DNA from: Chloroflexota bacterium
Lineage (GTDB): Bacteria > Chloroflexota > Anaerolineae > Anaerolineales > Villigracilaceae
NCBI GenBank assembly: GCA_040753755.1
Contig: JBFMDB010000017.1
Location: forward strand, 9,729-73,728
Reading direction: 5' to 3'
DNA: 64,000 bases
In this document: positions 7,870-18,779 of the stretch, piece by piece
Numbering within the stretch: position 1 is the stretch's first letter
Layout of the letters: the number at the start of each line of letters is the position of its first letter
Position numbers and translations under genes: made by a program
Notes under the pieces: model-generated
Told to the model about the DNA's origin: nothing
What the model saw: the letters and a program-made list of their open reading frames with translations, nothing else
The model's database searches: none

Positions 7870-10800
7870 ATTGGATCGAAGAGATTTCGAACCCGCAAGC
7901 CCGCCAGTGGGAGGAGTTCTACCGCAACCGTTGGCAACATGACCGTGTGGTACGGAGCACACACGGCGTGAACTGTACGGGTAGTTGTTCATGGATGATC
8001 TATGTCAAAGACGGTATCGTCACTTGGGAATTGCAGGCGTTGGATTATCCCGTACTCAATAACGGACTGCCGCCCTATGAGCCGCGCGGTTGTCAACGCG
8101 GTATCTCTTTCTCGTGGTATCAGTACAGTCCGATCCGTGTGAAGCACCCGTACATGCGCGGCGTGTTGATGGATCTGTGGCGCAGAGCCAAAGAGATACA
8201 CCAAGATCCTGTCGAAGCGTGGACAGCCGTCATTGAGGATGAAGCGGGGCGTAAGTCTTTCCATCAGGCGCGCGGCAAGGGAGGCTTCCGTCGCACAACA
8301 TGGGACGAAGTGACGGAGATCGTCGCTGCATCCACGATGTATACGATCAAAAAATATGGCCCCGACCGCATTATCGGTTTCTCGCCGATTCCCGCCATGT
8401 CCATGTTGAGTTATGCAGGCGGGAGCCGACTCATGCAATTGCTCGGCGCGGTGAGCATGAGTTTCTACGATTGGTACAGTGACTTGCCGCCCGCCAGCCC
8501 TGAGACGTGGGGCGAGCAGACCGATGTGGCGGAAAGCGCCGATTGGTTCAACTCGAAATACATCGTTTCAGTGGGATCGAACATGAGCATGACGCGCACG
8601 CCCGATGTGCATTTCGCCGCAGAGGCGCGTCACAACGGGACGAAGCTGGTGGTCTTCGCCCCCGATTTCAACCAGGTTGCCAAGTATGCCGATTGGTGGG
8701 TTCCCGTCAACGCGGGGCAGGATGGCGCGTTCTGGATGGCTGTCAATCATGTCATCATGAACGAGTTCCATTATCAGAACCCCACGCCATACTTTCTTGA
8801 TTACATGAAACGTTATACCGACTCGCCCTTCCTTGTGGAACTCAATGAAGTGGATGGAAAATTTGTTCCTGGCAGAATGGTGCGCGCAGGACAGGTGGAA
8901 CGCACGAAAGATGTGGAAAACGGCGAATGGAAATTTTTGGTGTGGGACGAACTCAGTAACGCGCCGCGTATGCCGCAGGGCAGTCTCGGATTCCGCTGGC
9001 AGAAGCAGAAGGGACAATGGAATCTCGAACCGAAGGACGGTCTGGATGGAAGCGAAATTCAGCCACAACTCACATTCTTCGGTTCGAGCGAAGAGCAGTT
9101 GTCTGTTTCGTTCGCTGAGTTTGGCGAAGGCAAAGCCTTCCAGCGCAACGTCCCTATTCGATACATTGAAACCGCCAATGGCATAGTCGCTGTCGCTACC
9201 ATCTATGATCTGTTGATGGCGCAATATGGCGTGGGGCGCGGACTCGAAGGTGATTACCCCGCCAGTTATGACGATGAAAATCTTTCGTACACGCCTGCCT
9301 GGCAGGAACGCTACACGGGCATTGATCGCCAAACCGTGATTCAATTTGCGCGCGAGTGGGCAACGACCGCTGAAAAGACCGAAGGCAAGTGCATGATCAT
9401 CATCGGCGCGGGCGTCAATCACTGGTATCACAACAACCTCATCTATCGCGCCTGCATTGGCGCGTTGATGTTGACGGGTTGTGTGGGTCGCAACGGCGGC
9501 GGATTGAATCATTATGTGGGTCAGGAGAAACTCGCTCCGATAGCGCCGTGGGCTTCGATCGCTTTTGCATTGGATTGGCAGAAGCCGCCGCGCCAAATGA
9601 ACTCGCCTTCCTTCCATTACATCAACAGCGATCAATGGCGCTACGAACGCACCTATACGGAACCTCAACCTGTTTCTCGACCCGAAGCCGAATCTCACCG
9701 TGACATGACTCAAGAGCATACGCTCGATGCGAACATCCGCGCAGTGCGGATGGGATGGCTGCCGTCGTATCCGCAGTTCAACATCAGTTCGCTGGAAATT
9801 GTCAGAAAAGCGGAGCAGGCTGGGGCGAAGTCGGATGCGGAGATCAAGCAGTGGATCGTCGATCAATTGAAGAGCGGCGAGTTGAAGTTCGCAGTCCAGG
9901 ACCCCGATGCTCCCGAGAACTGGCCCCGCTTGTGGTTTATCTGGCGCGGCAATGCGCTCAACGCCAGCGCAAAAGGACAGGAATATTTCTTCAAGCATTA
10001 TCTCGGCACACATCATCAGATCATTTCGGAAGAAGTGGATAAGGGTCATTTCCATGAAGCGACCTATCGCGATGAAGCGCCCGAAGGGAAGTTCGATCTG
10101 GTGGTGGACATCAACTTCCGCATGGATACTTCGGCGTTGTATTCGGATATCGTTTTGCCGACAGCGAGTTGGTATGAGAAGGATGACCTGAACAGCACCG
10201 ACATGCACTCGTTCATTCATCCGCTTCAGATGGCAGTGCCGCCTTCATGGGAATCGAAAAGCGACTGGGATATTTTCAAAATCCTGGCGGAGAAGTTCAG
10301 TGAACTGGCTCCGAAACATTTCCCCGAACCCGTGCGCGACCTGGTTGCGATGCCATTGCAACACGACACGCCCGCCGAGATGGCGCAGGCGCACATCCGT
10401 GATTGGGCGAAGGGCGAATGCGAACCCATCCCTGGCGTGACGATGCCGAACTTTATCGTGACCGAACGTGATTATGTCAACTTAGCCAAACGCTTTGTTT
10501 CATTGGGACCGAAAGTGGAAAAGGAAGGTTTTGCCGTCCACGGCATTCACATGGAAGTGGGCGACCTGTATCGCGAACTGTTGAAGAGCAAACCGACGGT
10601 CACATGGAACGGTCAGACCTATCCATCTTTGACCGTTGCGCGTGATGCCGCCAATGTCATTTTGAATCTCGCTCCTGAAACGAATGGCGAAGTGGCGTAT
10701 CGCGCCTTCAAGGCGGAAGAGGAGCGCATCGGTTTGAAACTGACCGATTTGGCTGAACCAACCCGCGCCGTGCGAACCGATTTCAAGGATGTCGTGCGAC

Positions 10801-11498
10801 AACCGCGCCGCTTGCTTAATAGTCCCATTTGGACGGGCATCATGACCGACGGACGCCCGTACGCCGCATACACGCTGAACGTGGAACGGCTCGTCCCGTG
10901 GCGCACGTTGACAGGACGACAACATTTTTACTTGGATCACGAAGGTTATTTAGCGTACGGCGAAAACCTCCCCACCTACAAGCCGCGCCCCGATCCGTTG
11001 GCATTTGGCGACTTGGACAAGAGTCACAGCGAAGGGAAGACCATTCAATTGAATTACCTCACGCCTCATGCCAAGTGGCATATCCACTCGAACTACTTCG
11101 ATAACGACCGCATGTTGACTCTCTCGCGCGGACTGGAACCGCTCTGGATCAGTGAAAAGGATGCGAAAGAAATCGGTATCGTGGATAACGATTGGGTCGA
11201 AGCGTATAACGATCACGGCGTCACGGTGACGCGCGCCATTGTCAGCGCACGCATCCCGCCCGGAATCTGCATCATCTATCACGCGCCTGAGCGCACGGTG
11301 AGTGTGCCCAAATCACCGATGCGCGGCAATAAACGCGCAGGCGGACACAACAGTCCCACGCGTGTTCACCTCAAGCCTTCACTTATGGTCGGCGGCTACG
11401 GTCAGTTCACTTACAGTTTCAATTACTGGGGTCCGACGGGCGTCAACCGCGACACGTTTATTTTGGTGCGCAAGTTGCCAGGCAAGCCTGAGTTTTAG
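7866..11498 (+). CDS. narG: Respiratory nitrate reductase alpha subunit
   Basis: 1210 aa. The N-terminus [33 protein letters not shown] closely matches the E. coli NarG FS0 region as recalled. No twin-arginine signal. Followed by narHJI. Confidence 0.95.
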   Translation: MNWIEEISNPQARQWEEFYRNRWQHDRVVRSTHGVNCTGSCSWMIYVKDGIVTWELQALDYPVLNNGLPPYEPRGCQRGISFSWYQYSPIRVKHPYMRGVLMDLWRRAKEIHQDPVEAWTAVIEDEAGRKSFHQARGKGGFRRTTWDEVTEIVAASTMYTIKKYGPDRIIGFSPIPAMSMLSYAGGSRLMQLLGAVSMSFYDWYSDLPPASPETWGEQTDVAESADWFNSKYIVSVGSNMSMTRTPDVHFAAEARHNGTKLVVFAPDFNQVAKYADWWVPVNAGQDGAFWMAVNHVIMNEFHYQNPTPYFLDYMKRYTDSPFLVELNEVDGKFVPGRMVRAGQVERTKDVENGEWKFLVWDELSNAPRMPQGSLGFRWQKQKGQWNLEPKDGLDGSEIQPQLTFFGSSEEQLSVSFAEFGEGKAFQRNVPIRYIETANGIVAVATIYDLLMAQYGVGRGLEGDYPASYDDENLSYTPAWQERYTGIDRQTVIQFAREWATTAEKTEGKCMIIIGAGVNHWYHNNLIYRACIGALMLTGCVGRNGGGLNHYVGQEKLAPIAPWASIAFALDWQKPPRQMNSPSFHYINSDQWRYERTYTEPQPVSRPEAESHRDMTQEHTLDANIRAVRMGWLPSYPQFNISSLEIVRKAEQAGAKSDAEIKQWIVDQLKSGELKFAVQDPDAPENWPRLWFIWRGNALNASAKGQEYFFKHYLGTHHQIISEEVDKGHFHEATYRDEAPEGKFDLVVDINFRMDTSALYSDIVLPTASWYEKDDLNSTDMHSFIHPLQMAVPPSWESKSDWDIFKILAEKFSELAPKHFPEPVRDLVAMPLQHDTPAEMAQAHIRDWAKGECEPIPGVTMPNFIVTERDYVNLAKRFVSLGPKVEKEGFAVHGIHMEVGDLYRELLKSKPTVTWNGQTYPSLTVARDAANVILNLAPETNGEVAYRAFKAEEERIGLKLTDLAEPTRAVRTDFKDVVRQPRRLLNSPIWTGIMTDGRPYAAYTLNVERLVPWRTLTGRQHFYLDHEGYLAYGENLPTYKPRPDPLAFGDLDKSHSEGKTIQLNYLTPHAKWHIHSNYFDNDRMLTLSRGLEPLWISEKDAKEIGIVDNDWVEAYNDHGVTVTRAIVSARIPPGICIIYHAPERTVSVPKSPMRGNKRAGGHNSPTRVHLKPSLMVGGYGQFTYSFNYWGPTGVNRDTFILVRKLPGKPEF

Positions 11499-11509
11499 GA
11501 AATATATTC

Positions 11510-11605
11510 AAACCTGACAGGTTTTACCAGTACCCGTCCAACCGAATAGATTGCAATGGCAAGGTGTACCACTTGTAAAGCTATCGTGGAAACCTGTCAG
11601 GTTTT
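11510..11605. repeat. MITE-like element bounded by 15-16-nt palindromic termini in the narG-narH spacer
   Basis: AAACCTGACAGGTTTT (11510-11525) and AAACCTGTCAGGTTTT (11590-11605). The second is the reverse complement of the first over 15 nt. They enclose 64 nt. Confidence 0.6.
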
Positions 11606-11625
11606 GAAGAAAAGGATAAAACAAT

Positions 11626-13128
11626 ATGAAAGTACGCTCACAAGTTTCAATGGTATTTCATCTCGATAAGTGCATCGGCTGTCACACGTGCAGTATTGCC
11701 TGTAAAAATATTTGGACCGACCGCGAAGGCGCTGAGTACATGTGGTGGAACAACGTTGAGACAAAACCAGGCGTTGGCTTTCCCACCCAGTGGGAAGACC
11801 AGGAAAAATATCACGGCGGCTGGGAACTCAATGACAAGCCGAAGAACCCCGAACTGAAGTTGAAACTGCAAAACCGTTTGCAGACCTTTGGCAATCTGTT
11901 CTCCAACCCCGCCATGCCCACGATGGACGATTACTACGAACCGTGGACCTATAAATACGGCGACCTGTTCAATTCTCCGCTCGGCGATGACCAGCCCACG
12001 GCGCGTCCCATCTCGCGTATTGACGGCAAACCGATTGATATCGAATCGGGTCCCAACTGGGATGACGACCTTGGCGGCTCCAACATTTACGCGGTCAACG
12101 ATCCATTGCTCGCTACCATGAGCGCGGAGGAAAAACAGCGTCTCTTTTCCATCGAACAACTCTTCTACTTCTACATGCCGCGCATCTGCAATCACTGTTT
12201 GAACGCGGCTTGTGGGGCGGCATGTCCATCGGGCGCCATTTACAAACGCGCCGAAGACGGTGTGGTGCTCATCAATCAGGATAAGTGCCGCGGCTGGCGC
12301 ATGTGCGTTTCGGCTTGTCCATATAAAAAGACCTACTACAACTGGTCAACGGGCAAATCTGAAAAATGTATCCTGTGCTATCCGCGCCTCGAATCGGGGC
12401 AAGCCCCCGCCTGTTTCCACTCCTGTGTCGGACGCATCCGTTATCTGGGCGTTTTGTTGTACGACGCGGAACAGATTCCCGACGCCCTCAAAGTGCCAGA
12501 CGAACAACTTGTCCAGCGTCAGCGGGAGATGATCCTCGATCCTCACGACCCGAAAGTTGTTGCCGCCGCAAAAGAAAGCGGCATCCCCGACGGTGTGATC
12601 ACCGCCGCGCAAAACTCGCCTGTCTATCAATATGTCAAGGAATGGGAAATGGCTCTGCCATTGCATCCCGAATACCGCACCTTGCCGATGTTGTTCTACG
12701 TCCCGCCGCTCCTGCCCGTCCTCAATGCGACTGGGACAAACGGCACACAGCGCGTCGAAACCGACCTGTTCAGTTCGCTGGAAAATGCCCGTGTGCCCGT
12801 CCGTTATATGTCACGCACGTTGGCGGCTGGCAACGACGAACTGGTCATCAAATCCTATCAAAAGATGATCGCTGTCCGCATTTACAAACGCGCCGAAACC
12901 GTCGGCGATGTGACAAAAGAAGAAGCCGCCGCCGCCCTCGCCAAAGCAGGCATGACAGCAGAGGAGGCTGAAGCCATTTATCACCTGACATCCGTCCCGA
13001 ATTATCAGGAGCGGTTCGTCATCCCGCCTTACAGCCGCGAAGGCGATATCGAAGAATTGTACGACCCGCAACAGCGCAAAGCCGAGATGGGCTTTGGCAA
13101 ACGCCAGGGTCCGCAGAGAGGGTTGTGA
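11626..13128 (+). CDS. narH: Respiratory nitrate reductase beta (FeS) subunit
   Basis: 500 aa; MKVRSQVSMVFHLDKCIGCHTCSIACKNIWT, CNHCLNAACGAACP, CRGWRMCVSACP, CILCYPR. Typical NarH cluster pattern and length. Confidence 0.95.
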   Translation: MKVRSQVSMVFHLDKCIGCHTCSIACKNIWTDREGAEYMWWNNVETKPGVGFPTQWEDQEKYHGGWELNDKPKNPELKLKLQNRLQTFGNLFSNPAMPTMDDYYEPWTYKYGDLFNSPLGDDQPTARPISRIDGKPIDIESGPNWDDDLGGSNIYAVNDPLLATMSAEEKQRLFSIEQLFYFYMPRICNHCLNAACGAACPSGAIYKRAEDGVVLINQDKCRGWRMCVSACPYKKTYYNWSTGKSEKCILCYPRLESGQAPACFHSCVGRIRYLGVLLYDAEQIPDALKVPDEQLVQRQREMILDPHDPKVVAAAKESGIPDGVITAAQNSPVYQYVKEWEMALPLHPEYRTLPMLFYVPPLLPVLNATGTNGTQRVETDLFSSLENARVPVRYMSRTLAAGNDELVIKSYQKMIAVRIYKRAETVGDVTKEEAAAALAKAGMTAEEAEAIYHLTSVPNYQERFVIPPYSREGDIEELYDPQQRKAEMGFGKRQGPQRGL

Positions 13129-13131
13129 GCC

Positions 13132-13686
13132 ATGCCTAAAGATTCAAATTCTTCCTTGTTCGATTTGTTCGCCGCGCTGTTGGAATATCCCTCCACTGAA
13201 ACGACAGGGCAGGCGCGGGTCTGTTTGGCGCAACTTCAACCCATCCATCCGGAAGCGGCAGAAGCGTTGGAAAAGTTTGTTCGCAGGCTCGACCAATTGT
13301 CCCTTGAAAAGATGCGTGAGTTGTACACCATCACCTTCGATATGCAACCCGTCTGCTATCCGTATGTGGGTTATCACTTGTTCGGCGAAAGTTACAAGCG
13401 CGGCGCGTTCATGGCGCAATTGAATGAGGCGTACCATGCGTTCGGTTATTCCGCGGGGCAGGAACTTCCCGACCATCTCACAGTGATCCTGCGTTATCTC
13501 GGTTTGGATGCGACCAATCGCGCAGGCGAATTCTGTCAGGCGTTATTGAACAGTGGACTGATGCCAGCATTGGAAAAAATGCTCAAGGTATTCGATGACG
13601 ATTCTGAAAATCCGTACGCCGGGCTTCTCTCTGCCCTTTATCTGTTTCTTGTCCACACCCCTGAAAAGGAATTGACCCATGCTTGA
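13132..13686 (+). CDS. narJ: Nitrate reductase Mo-cofactor assembly chaperone
   Basis: 184-aa soluble acidic protein between narH and narI; 8-nt overlap with narI. Confidence 0.8.
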   Translation: MPKDSNSSLFDLFAALLEYPSTETTGQARVCLAQLQPIHPEAAEALEKFVRRLDQLSLEKMRELYTITFDMQPVCYPYVGYHLFGESYKRGAFMAQLNEAYHAFGYSAGQELPDHLTVILRYLGLDATNRAGEFCQALLNSGLMPALEKMLKVFDDDSENPYAGLLSALYLFLVHTPEKELTHA

Positions 13687-14356
13687 AATCATGCTCTTCG
13701 TCGTGTTCCCGTATGTGGCGCTCGCCATCGGGATCGTCGGGACGATCTATCGTTACCTGACCAACCAATATTCCTTTACCAGTCTGTCGTCGCAATTCCT
13801 CGAAAATGATTTGCAATTCTGGGGCTCCACACTCTGGCATTACGGCATCATCCCAACCACTCTGATTCATTTGGGAGGATTTTTCCTGCCCAAGCTGATG
13901 TTCATCATGCACAGCACACCAGAGACCCTTTACCTCGCTGAATTGGCAGGGAAAGTTCTGGGCATCATGGCATTGGCAGGCGCGGGCATCATGCTTTTTA
14001 GGCGTCTGACCGTATCGAAGATCCGTGAGATCACCACGCCCGCAGATTGGATCATCCTGAGCTTGTTGTTCGGGCAGGTCTTCTTCGGTCTCGTGCTTGC
14101 TTTTGCCTATCGCTGGGGCGCCACATGGTTCCTGCACACCGCCACACCCTGGATCGGCTCGTTGGCGACTTTCCAACCTGCGCCGCAATACGTCACCGCC
14201 CTGCCGCTCGCACACAAAGTCCATTTCTTGACCGGCTTCCTGTTGTTCGCACTTATGCCTTTCAGCAGGCTGGTACATATTGCCGCCTTCCCGCTCTCGT
14301 ATATGTGGCGGCGCTTCCAACTCGTCATCTGGACGCGGCGCCGAGCCAGTGAGTAA
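13679..14356 (+). CDS. narI: Respiratory nitrate reductase gamma (dihaem b membrane) subunit
   Basis: 225 aa, about 5 TM helices, N-terminus MLEIMLFVVFPYVALAIGIVGTIYRY typical of NarI. Confidence 0.9.
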   Translation: MLEIMLFVVFPYVALAIGIVGTIYRYLTNQYSFTSLSSQFLENDLQFWGSTLWHYGIIPTTLIHLGGFFLPKLMFIMHSTPETLYLAELAGKVLGIMALAGAGIMLFRRLTVSKIREITTPADWIILSLLFGQVFFGLVLAFAYRWGATWFLHTATPWIGSLATFQPAPQYVTALPLAHKVHFLTGFLLFALMPFSRLVHIAAFPLSYMWRRFQLVIWTRRRASE

Positions 14357-14382
14357 CCCTCGCATCACGGAGACAAACAAAA

Positions 14383-15708
14383 ATGAACAATACATGGTTA
14401 TCAAAATGGGAACCCGAAAACCCTGAATTCTGGAAAGCGACCGGCAGTAAGATTGCCTGGCGCACGCTGTTCATCACCACCATCGGCTTGACCTTTTCCT
14501 TCGCCACCTGGTTCATGATGAGCGCGATCGTCGTACGGATTCCGCAAATCGGATTCAAGTTCGACACCATGCAATTATTCTGGCTGGCGGCAATGCCCGG
14601 ATTGGCAGGCGGGACGCTCCGCATTATCAACATGTTTTTGATACCCATCTACGGCACGCGGCACGTCATCACGTACACGACGATCCTGAAATTGATACCC
14701 TGCATTGGCATCGGTCTGGCGGTGATGAATCCGAACACGCCGTTCTGGGTGTTCATGGTTTTGGCATTCACGGCAGGTTTTGGGGGCGGCGACTTTTCCT
14801 CCTACATGCCCAGCACGCGCTTTTTCTTCCCGAAGAACATGCAAGGCACTGCCCTCGGCGTACAAGCGGGCATCGGCAACTTCGGGGTCAGCCTCGTACA
14901 ATTTATCACGCCTTGGGTCATCGGCATCTCGGTGTTCGGCACGTCGCAAACTCTGACAATCGGTGCCACGACCAAATCCGTCTGGCTTCAAAATGCGGCT
15001 TTTTGGTATGCCCCTTTTCTGGTCATCGGCGGCGTGATCGCGTGGAATTTCCTGCGAAGCGTTCCCATCAAAGCCTCGTTCAAAGAACAACTGGATATCT
15101 TCAAGCTCAAACACACATGGTTCTGCACGATCACCTATGTGATGACCTTCGGTTCTTTCTCAGGGTTGTCTGCCGCGTTCCCCCTGTTGATTAAATCACT
15201 CTATGGAACATTTCCCGGCGCACCCGACCCGCTGAAGTATGCATTTCTCGGTCCGCTGGTTGGCTCGCTGGCTCGGATTGTGTTCGGTCCCGTCGCTGAT
15301 AAATACGGCGGTGCGATACTCACGCATATTACAGGGATCGTCTTGATCATCGGCACGCTGGCAATGGCTTTCCTGGGATTATTTACCCCTACCTCGTTGG
15401 ATCAATTCAACTTATTCGTGGTCTTCATGTTGATCCTGTTCTTCTTCACGGGCATCGGCAATGCCGCCACATTCAGACAATACCCGATCATCTTCGCCGA
15501 CTCTCCCCGCCAGAGCGCAGGCGTCATCGGCTGGACGGCGGCTGTCGCAGCATACGGACCGTTCATCTTCTCGACGCTGATCGGTTCTTCCATCACGAAC
15601 ACAGGTTCCCCGCTTCCATTTTTCTACGGCACTGTCGTATTCTTTGTGATCGCCACCGCCATCAACTGGTGGTACTACACCCGCAAAGGTTGTGAGAAGC
15701 CTTCGTAA
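14383..15708 (+). CDS. narK: MFS nitrate/nitrite transporter, NarK type
   Basis: 441 aa. WEPENPEFWKATGSKIAWRTL..., FFFPKNMQGTALG and YAFLGPLVGSLARIVFGPVADKYGG parallel E. coli NarK as recalled. Confidence 0.9.
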   Translation: MNNTWLSKWEPENPEFWKATGSKIAWRTLFITTIGLTFSFATWFMMSAIVVRIPQIGFKFDTMQLFWLAAMPGLAGGTLRIINMFLIPIYGTRHVITYTTILKLIPCIGIGLAVMNPNTPFWVFMVLAFTAGFGGGDFSSYMPSTRFFFPKNMQGTALGVQAGIGNFGVSLVQFITPWVIGISVFGTSQTLTIGATTKSVWLQNAAFWYAPFLVIGGVIAWNFLRSVPIKASFKEQLDIFKLKHTWFCTITYVMTFGSFSGLSAAFPLLIKSLYGTFPGAPDPLKYAFLGPLVGSLARIVFGPVADKYGGAILTHITGIVLIIGTLAMAFLGLFTPTSLDQFNLFVVFMLILFFFTGIGNAATFRQYPIIFADSPRQSAGVIGWTAAVAAYGPFIFSTLIGSSITNTGSPLPFFYGTVVFFVIATAINWWYYTRKGCEKPS

Positions 15709-15712
15709 CAAT

Positions 15713-15810
15713 GTCATTGTGAGGCGGTAATCCCCCGTTTTATGGGCATTACAACACAACGGGAGATTGCCTCGCCGTCAAAGGACAAAAGCGGCGGCTC
15801 GCAACAACAT
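15713..15810. repeat. Palindromic GTCATTG(C/T)GAGG...CTCGCAA(C/T)(G/A)AC family element (degenerate copy)
   Basis: gtcattgtgaggcgg...gagattgcctcgccgtcaaaggacaaaagcggcggctcgcaacaac. Its internal blocks match the copy at 46911-47018. Confidence 0.6.
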
Positions 15811-15863
15811 CAATCTATGAAATGTGCAGTCGAGAAATCAACTGTTGAAAGAGACATAAACAA

Positions 15864-17213
15864 ATGACCACAGAAGTTACTGAAACAACAAATCAAAATC
15901 ATAAAACCAACGTCCTCGTACTTTCCACCATCGGCTTCACCCTCATGTTTGCCGTCTGGCTGATGTTCGGTGTGCTGGGAATCCCCATTCGGAAAGAATT
16001 GGGATTAACCGATGTGCAACTCAGCTGGCTCGTTGCCATTGCCATATTGAACGGCTCGTTCTGGCGGTTGCTCTTCGGCATCCTCGCTGACCGTTACGGC
16101 GGACGCATTGTCTTCACGCTGTTGGTATTGGCAACCATCGCCCCATCCTACTTGGTGAGTCAAGCGGACACCTACAACGAGTTGATGATCTGGGCATTTT
16201 TCGTCGGCATGGCTGGCAATTCCTTTTCCATCGGCATCTCGTGGAACTCGGCATGGTTTCCGCGTGAACAAAAGGGGTTCGCGCTGGGAGTCTTCGGCGC
16301 GGGAAATGTTGGGGCATCAGTGACCAAGTTGATCGGTCCGACTTTGATCGCGTTGGTTCCAGCGGCAGGCTTGGCAGGCGGGTTCATCCCCGGCGGCTGG
16401 CGGTTCGTCCCTTTTATGTATTGCATCCTGTTAGGCATCACCGCCATCGCCATCTGGATGTTCACACCAAAGCAGGACATCAAGCCCGGTGCAGATCGCC
16501 CCATGCTCGAAATGCTCAAGCCGTTGAAATATGTGCGTGTCTGGCGATTCAGTTTGTATTACGTGGTGGTGTTCGGCGCGTACGTTGCGCTCTCGGTCTG
16601 GCTCCCGAAATATTATGTGGACGTGTACAACTTGGAACTAAAACACGCCGCGCTGTTAACCGCCTTGTTCATTTTTCCCGCCAGTTTGTTGCGGCCTCTG
16701 GGCGGTTATCTTTCAGATAAATTCGGTGCGCGCCGCATGATGTATTGGGTCTTCGGTCTCATGTTGGCGGCTTGCCTTTTCCTTTCATTGCCAAGCGCAA
16801 AGATCATTCTTTCCGTACCCACCAGTGTCGATCCCAGCGGACAACGGGAAGCCTTCGCATTTTCGATGAACGCCACATGGTTCACATTTTGGGTCTTCAT
16901 TGTTGGCGTGTGCATGGGCGTTGGCAAAGCCGCCGTGTACAAATACATCCCAGAATACTTCCCAAAAGATGTTGGCGCAGTCGGCGGATTGGTTGGCATG
17001 TTGGGCGCGTTAGGCGGGTTCTTCCTGCCGCCCATGTTCGCAGAATTCTACGAATTAACTTTGATTCCCCAATCCACCTTCTTCCTGATGTTCCTCATCA
17101 CCGCAGTCAGTTTCGGCTGGTTGCACATCACAGTGATGAGCCTGTTGCAGAAAGCCTCGCCCGCTTTGGAGAATCAACTGGACTTTCAGGATACAGCATC
17201 GAACGCTGCCTGA
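15864..17213 (+). CDS. Second MFS nitrate/nitrite transporter (NarK1/NasA-like)
   Basis: 449 aa, 12-TM pattern, MFS signature FGILADRYGGRIVF; directly follows narK. Confidence 0.85.
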   Translation: MTTEVTETTNQNHKTNVLVLSTIGFTLMFAVWLMFGVLGIPIRKELGLTDVQLSWLVAIAILNGSFWRLLFGILADRYGGRIVFTLLVLATIAPSYLVSQADTYNELMIWAFFVGMAGNSFSIGISWNSAWFPREQKGFALGVFGAGNVGASVTKLIGPTLIALVPAAGLAGGFIPGGWRFVPFMYCILLGITAIAIWMFTPKQDIKPGADRPMLEMLKPLKYVRVWRFSLYYVVVFGAYVALSVWLPKYYVDVYNLELKHAALLTALFIFPASLLRPLGGYLSDKFGARRMMYWVFGLMLAACLFLSLPSAKIILSVPTSVDPSGQREAFAFSMNATWFTFWVFIVGVCMGVGKAAVYKYIPEYFPKDVGAVGGLVGMLGALGGFFLPPMFAEFYELTLIPQSTFFLMFLITAVSFGWLHITVMSLLQKASPALENQLDFQDTASNAA

Positions 17214-17233
17214 GCAAACTTCAAGAAAGGTAA

Positions 17234-17863
17234 ATGATGAAAAACTCCTTGAAGGATATACCTGCTCTGGATGACCTGCTACGAATCAGCGCGGCACATC
17301 ACCATAAGATTTGTCCCCGTCAAGTGCTCGGCGTTCGTATCGGACGTTTGGCTGGGCACCTGCTTGAGATCCCTTTGCCTCAATCCGACAAACGCCTCCT
17401 CTCCATCTCCGAAACGGACGGCTGTTTCGTGGACGGAGTCTCCGCCGCGACAGGTTGTTACGTCGGCAGGCGCACCCTGCGCATCGAGGATTACGGCAAA
17501 ACAGCTGTTACATTTATTGACACGCGCACCGAGCAAGCCTTTCGCATTGCACCGCAACGTCACGCCCGCGACTTGGCTTGGGATTACGCCCTGTCCGCAC
17601 GCAACAAATGGGAGGCGCAACTCATCGGCTACAAGCACATCCCCGACGAATTCTTGTTTCAATGGCAACAAGTGGAATTGACCGCCTCCGTAAAACAGAT
17701 CGTCGGTCAGGCAGGGAAACGCACATCCTGCGAGATCTGTGGCGAAGAAATCATCAACCAGCGTGAAGTGTTCCGTGAAGGAACGGTCATGTGCAAGTCT
17801 TGCGTGGGCGCATCATATTTTCGCTTTGTACCTGATACCGCTACAGCACCCCATGCTGTTTGA
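17234..17863 (+). CDS. FmdE/FwdE-domain protein with C-terminal zinc ribbon
   Basis: AAHHHKICPRQVLGVRIG (FmdE-type HxCP motif), SETDGCFVDGVSAATGC, and a C-terminal CEICGEEI...CKSC. Starts 21 nt after the second narK-type gene. Confidence 0.7.
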   Translation: MMKNSLKDIPALDDLLRISAAHHHKICPRQVLGVRIGRLAGHLLEIPLPQSDKRLLSISETDGCFVDGVSAATGCYVGRRTLRIEDYGKTAVTFIDTRTEQAFRIAPQRHARDLAWDYALSARNKWEAQLIGYKHIPDEFLFQWQQVELTASVKQIVGQAGKRTSCEICGEEIINQREVFREGTVMCKSCVGASYFRFVPDTATAPHAV

Positions 17864-17910
17864 TACGCCGCCAGGAACCAACGACAATCAAAAAAAAACC
17901 TGCATCGACC

Positions 17911-18174
17911 TCAACCAATTCGCCCGATCCAAACCGAGACAGGGAACCAGAATTCAAAAGCGGTGATCAAAATTCCAGCGTTGAGCAGGGCCTACGTCCA
18001 CCAGCCAAGCGTTTCACTGCCGCGCGGTTTTTCGACCGAATATTTCGGAAACAGCCAAAAGACCACGCCAAAGATCTGTTGTGTCAGCCAGGCAAAGACA
18101 GGCAAATGGATGTATTTGGGAAACAACCCGTTCGTCGTCATGGCAGATGCCAACAGAATGTCAAGCACGAGCAT
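17911..18174 (-). pseudogene. Small hydrophobic ORF interrupted by an in-frame TAG (possible pseudogene or spurious)
   Basis: MLVLDILLASAM...FWLFPKYSVEKPRGSETLGWWT-TAG-ALLNAGILITAFEFWFPVSVWIGRIG-TGA, read from the reverse complement. No SD or domain recognised. Confidence 0.2.
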
Positions 18175-18779
18175 GAGCGCAAGACAGACTATGGCGGTTT
18201 TATTGAAAATGTGTGTGAGAGAGTGTTTCTTAAGTCCTGAACGGCTCTCTTTTGTACGCGGATTTCACGGACTGCACGGAGAATTAAAGGTTTTTTTCCG
18301 TGAGTTTCAGTGTAATCCGTGCTGCCCGTGACCCAAAAATTGAGTTAAGACACAGTCTCTGAGCCGCTTGGTTGTTTAAGACCCGCTCCCCGGCTATGAA
18401 TAACCGGGGAGCGGGGCATAATCGTGTATGAGGTAGTAATCGAATACCTGTAAACAAGTATTCCGCAATTTATAGAAATTTATTCTTGTTATGAACCTTC
18501 ATCCCATATCGTCGTGTCAGGCTGTGGCTTGAAGTGAAATAGGACGGAATTTATACCCGTATACATGATATATACCGCGTTGGGCTAATCCGATTGCAAT
18601 TGTGAATGCCTATTAAGCGATCATTAGTCAAATTCCCGTCAATGTTGCTCTTCGTTCATGTTTTTACATCCTTTTTACAACTCGATGACGGAAATCACGG
18701 GTGGGAGACGCAGGGAGTGATGGGCGACACTCCTGCAATGCGGGTTTCCTATGTAAGATACTCCCAAAAGGAGAATCTT

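Noticed and set aside
8568-10220. 550-aa minus-strand ORF inside narG
   Set aside because: It lies wholly antisense to a strongly supported narG frame. Its product is Arg/His/Ile-rich with no motif, which is typical of a shadow ORF in GC-rich coding DNA.
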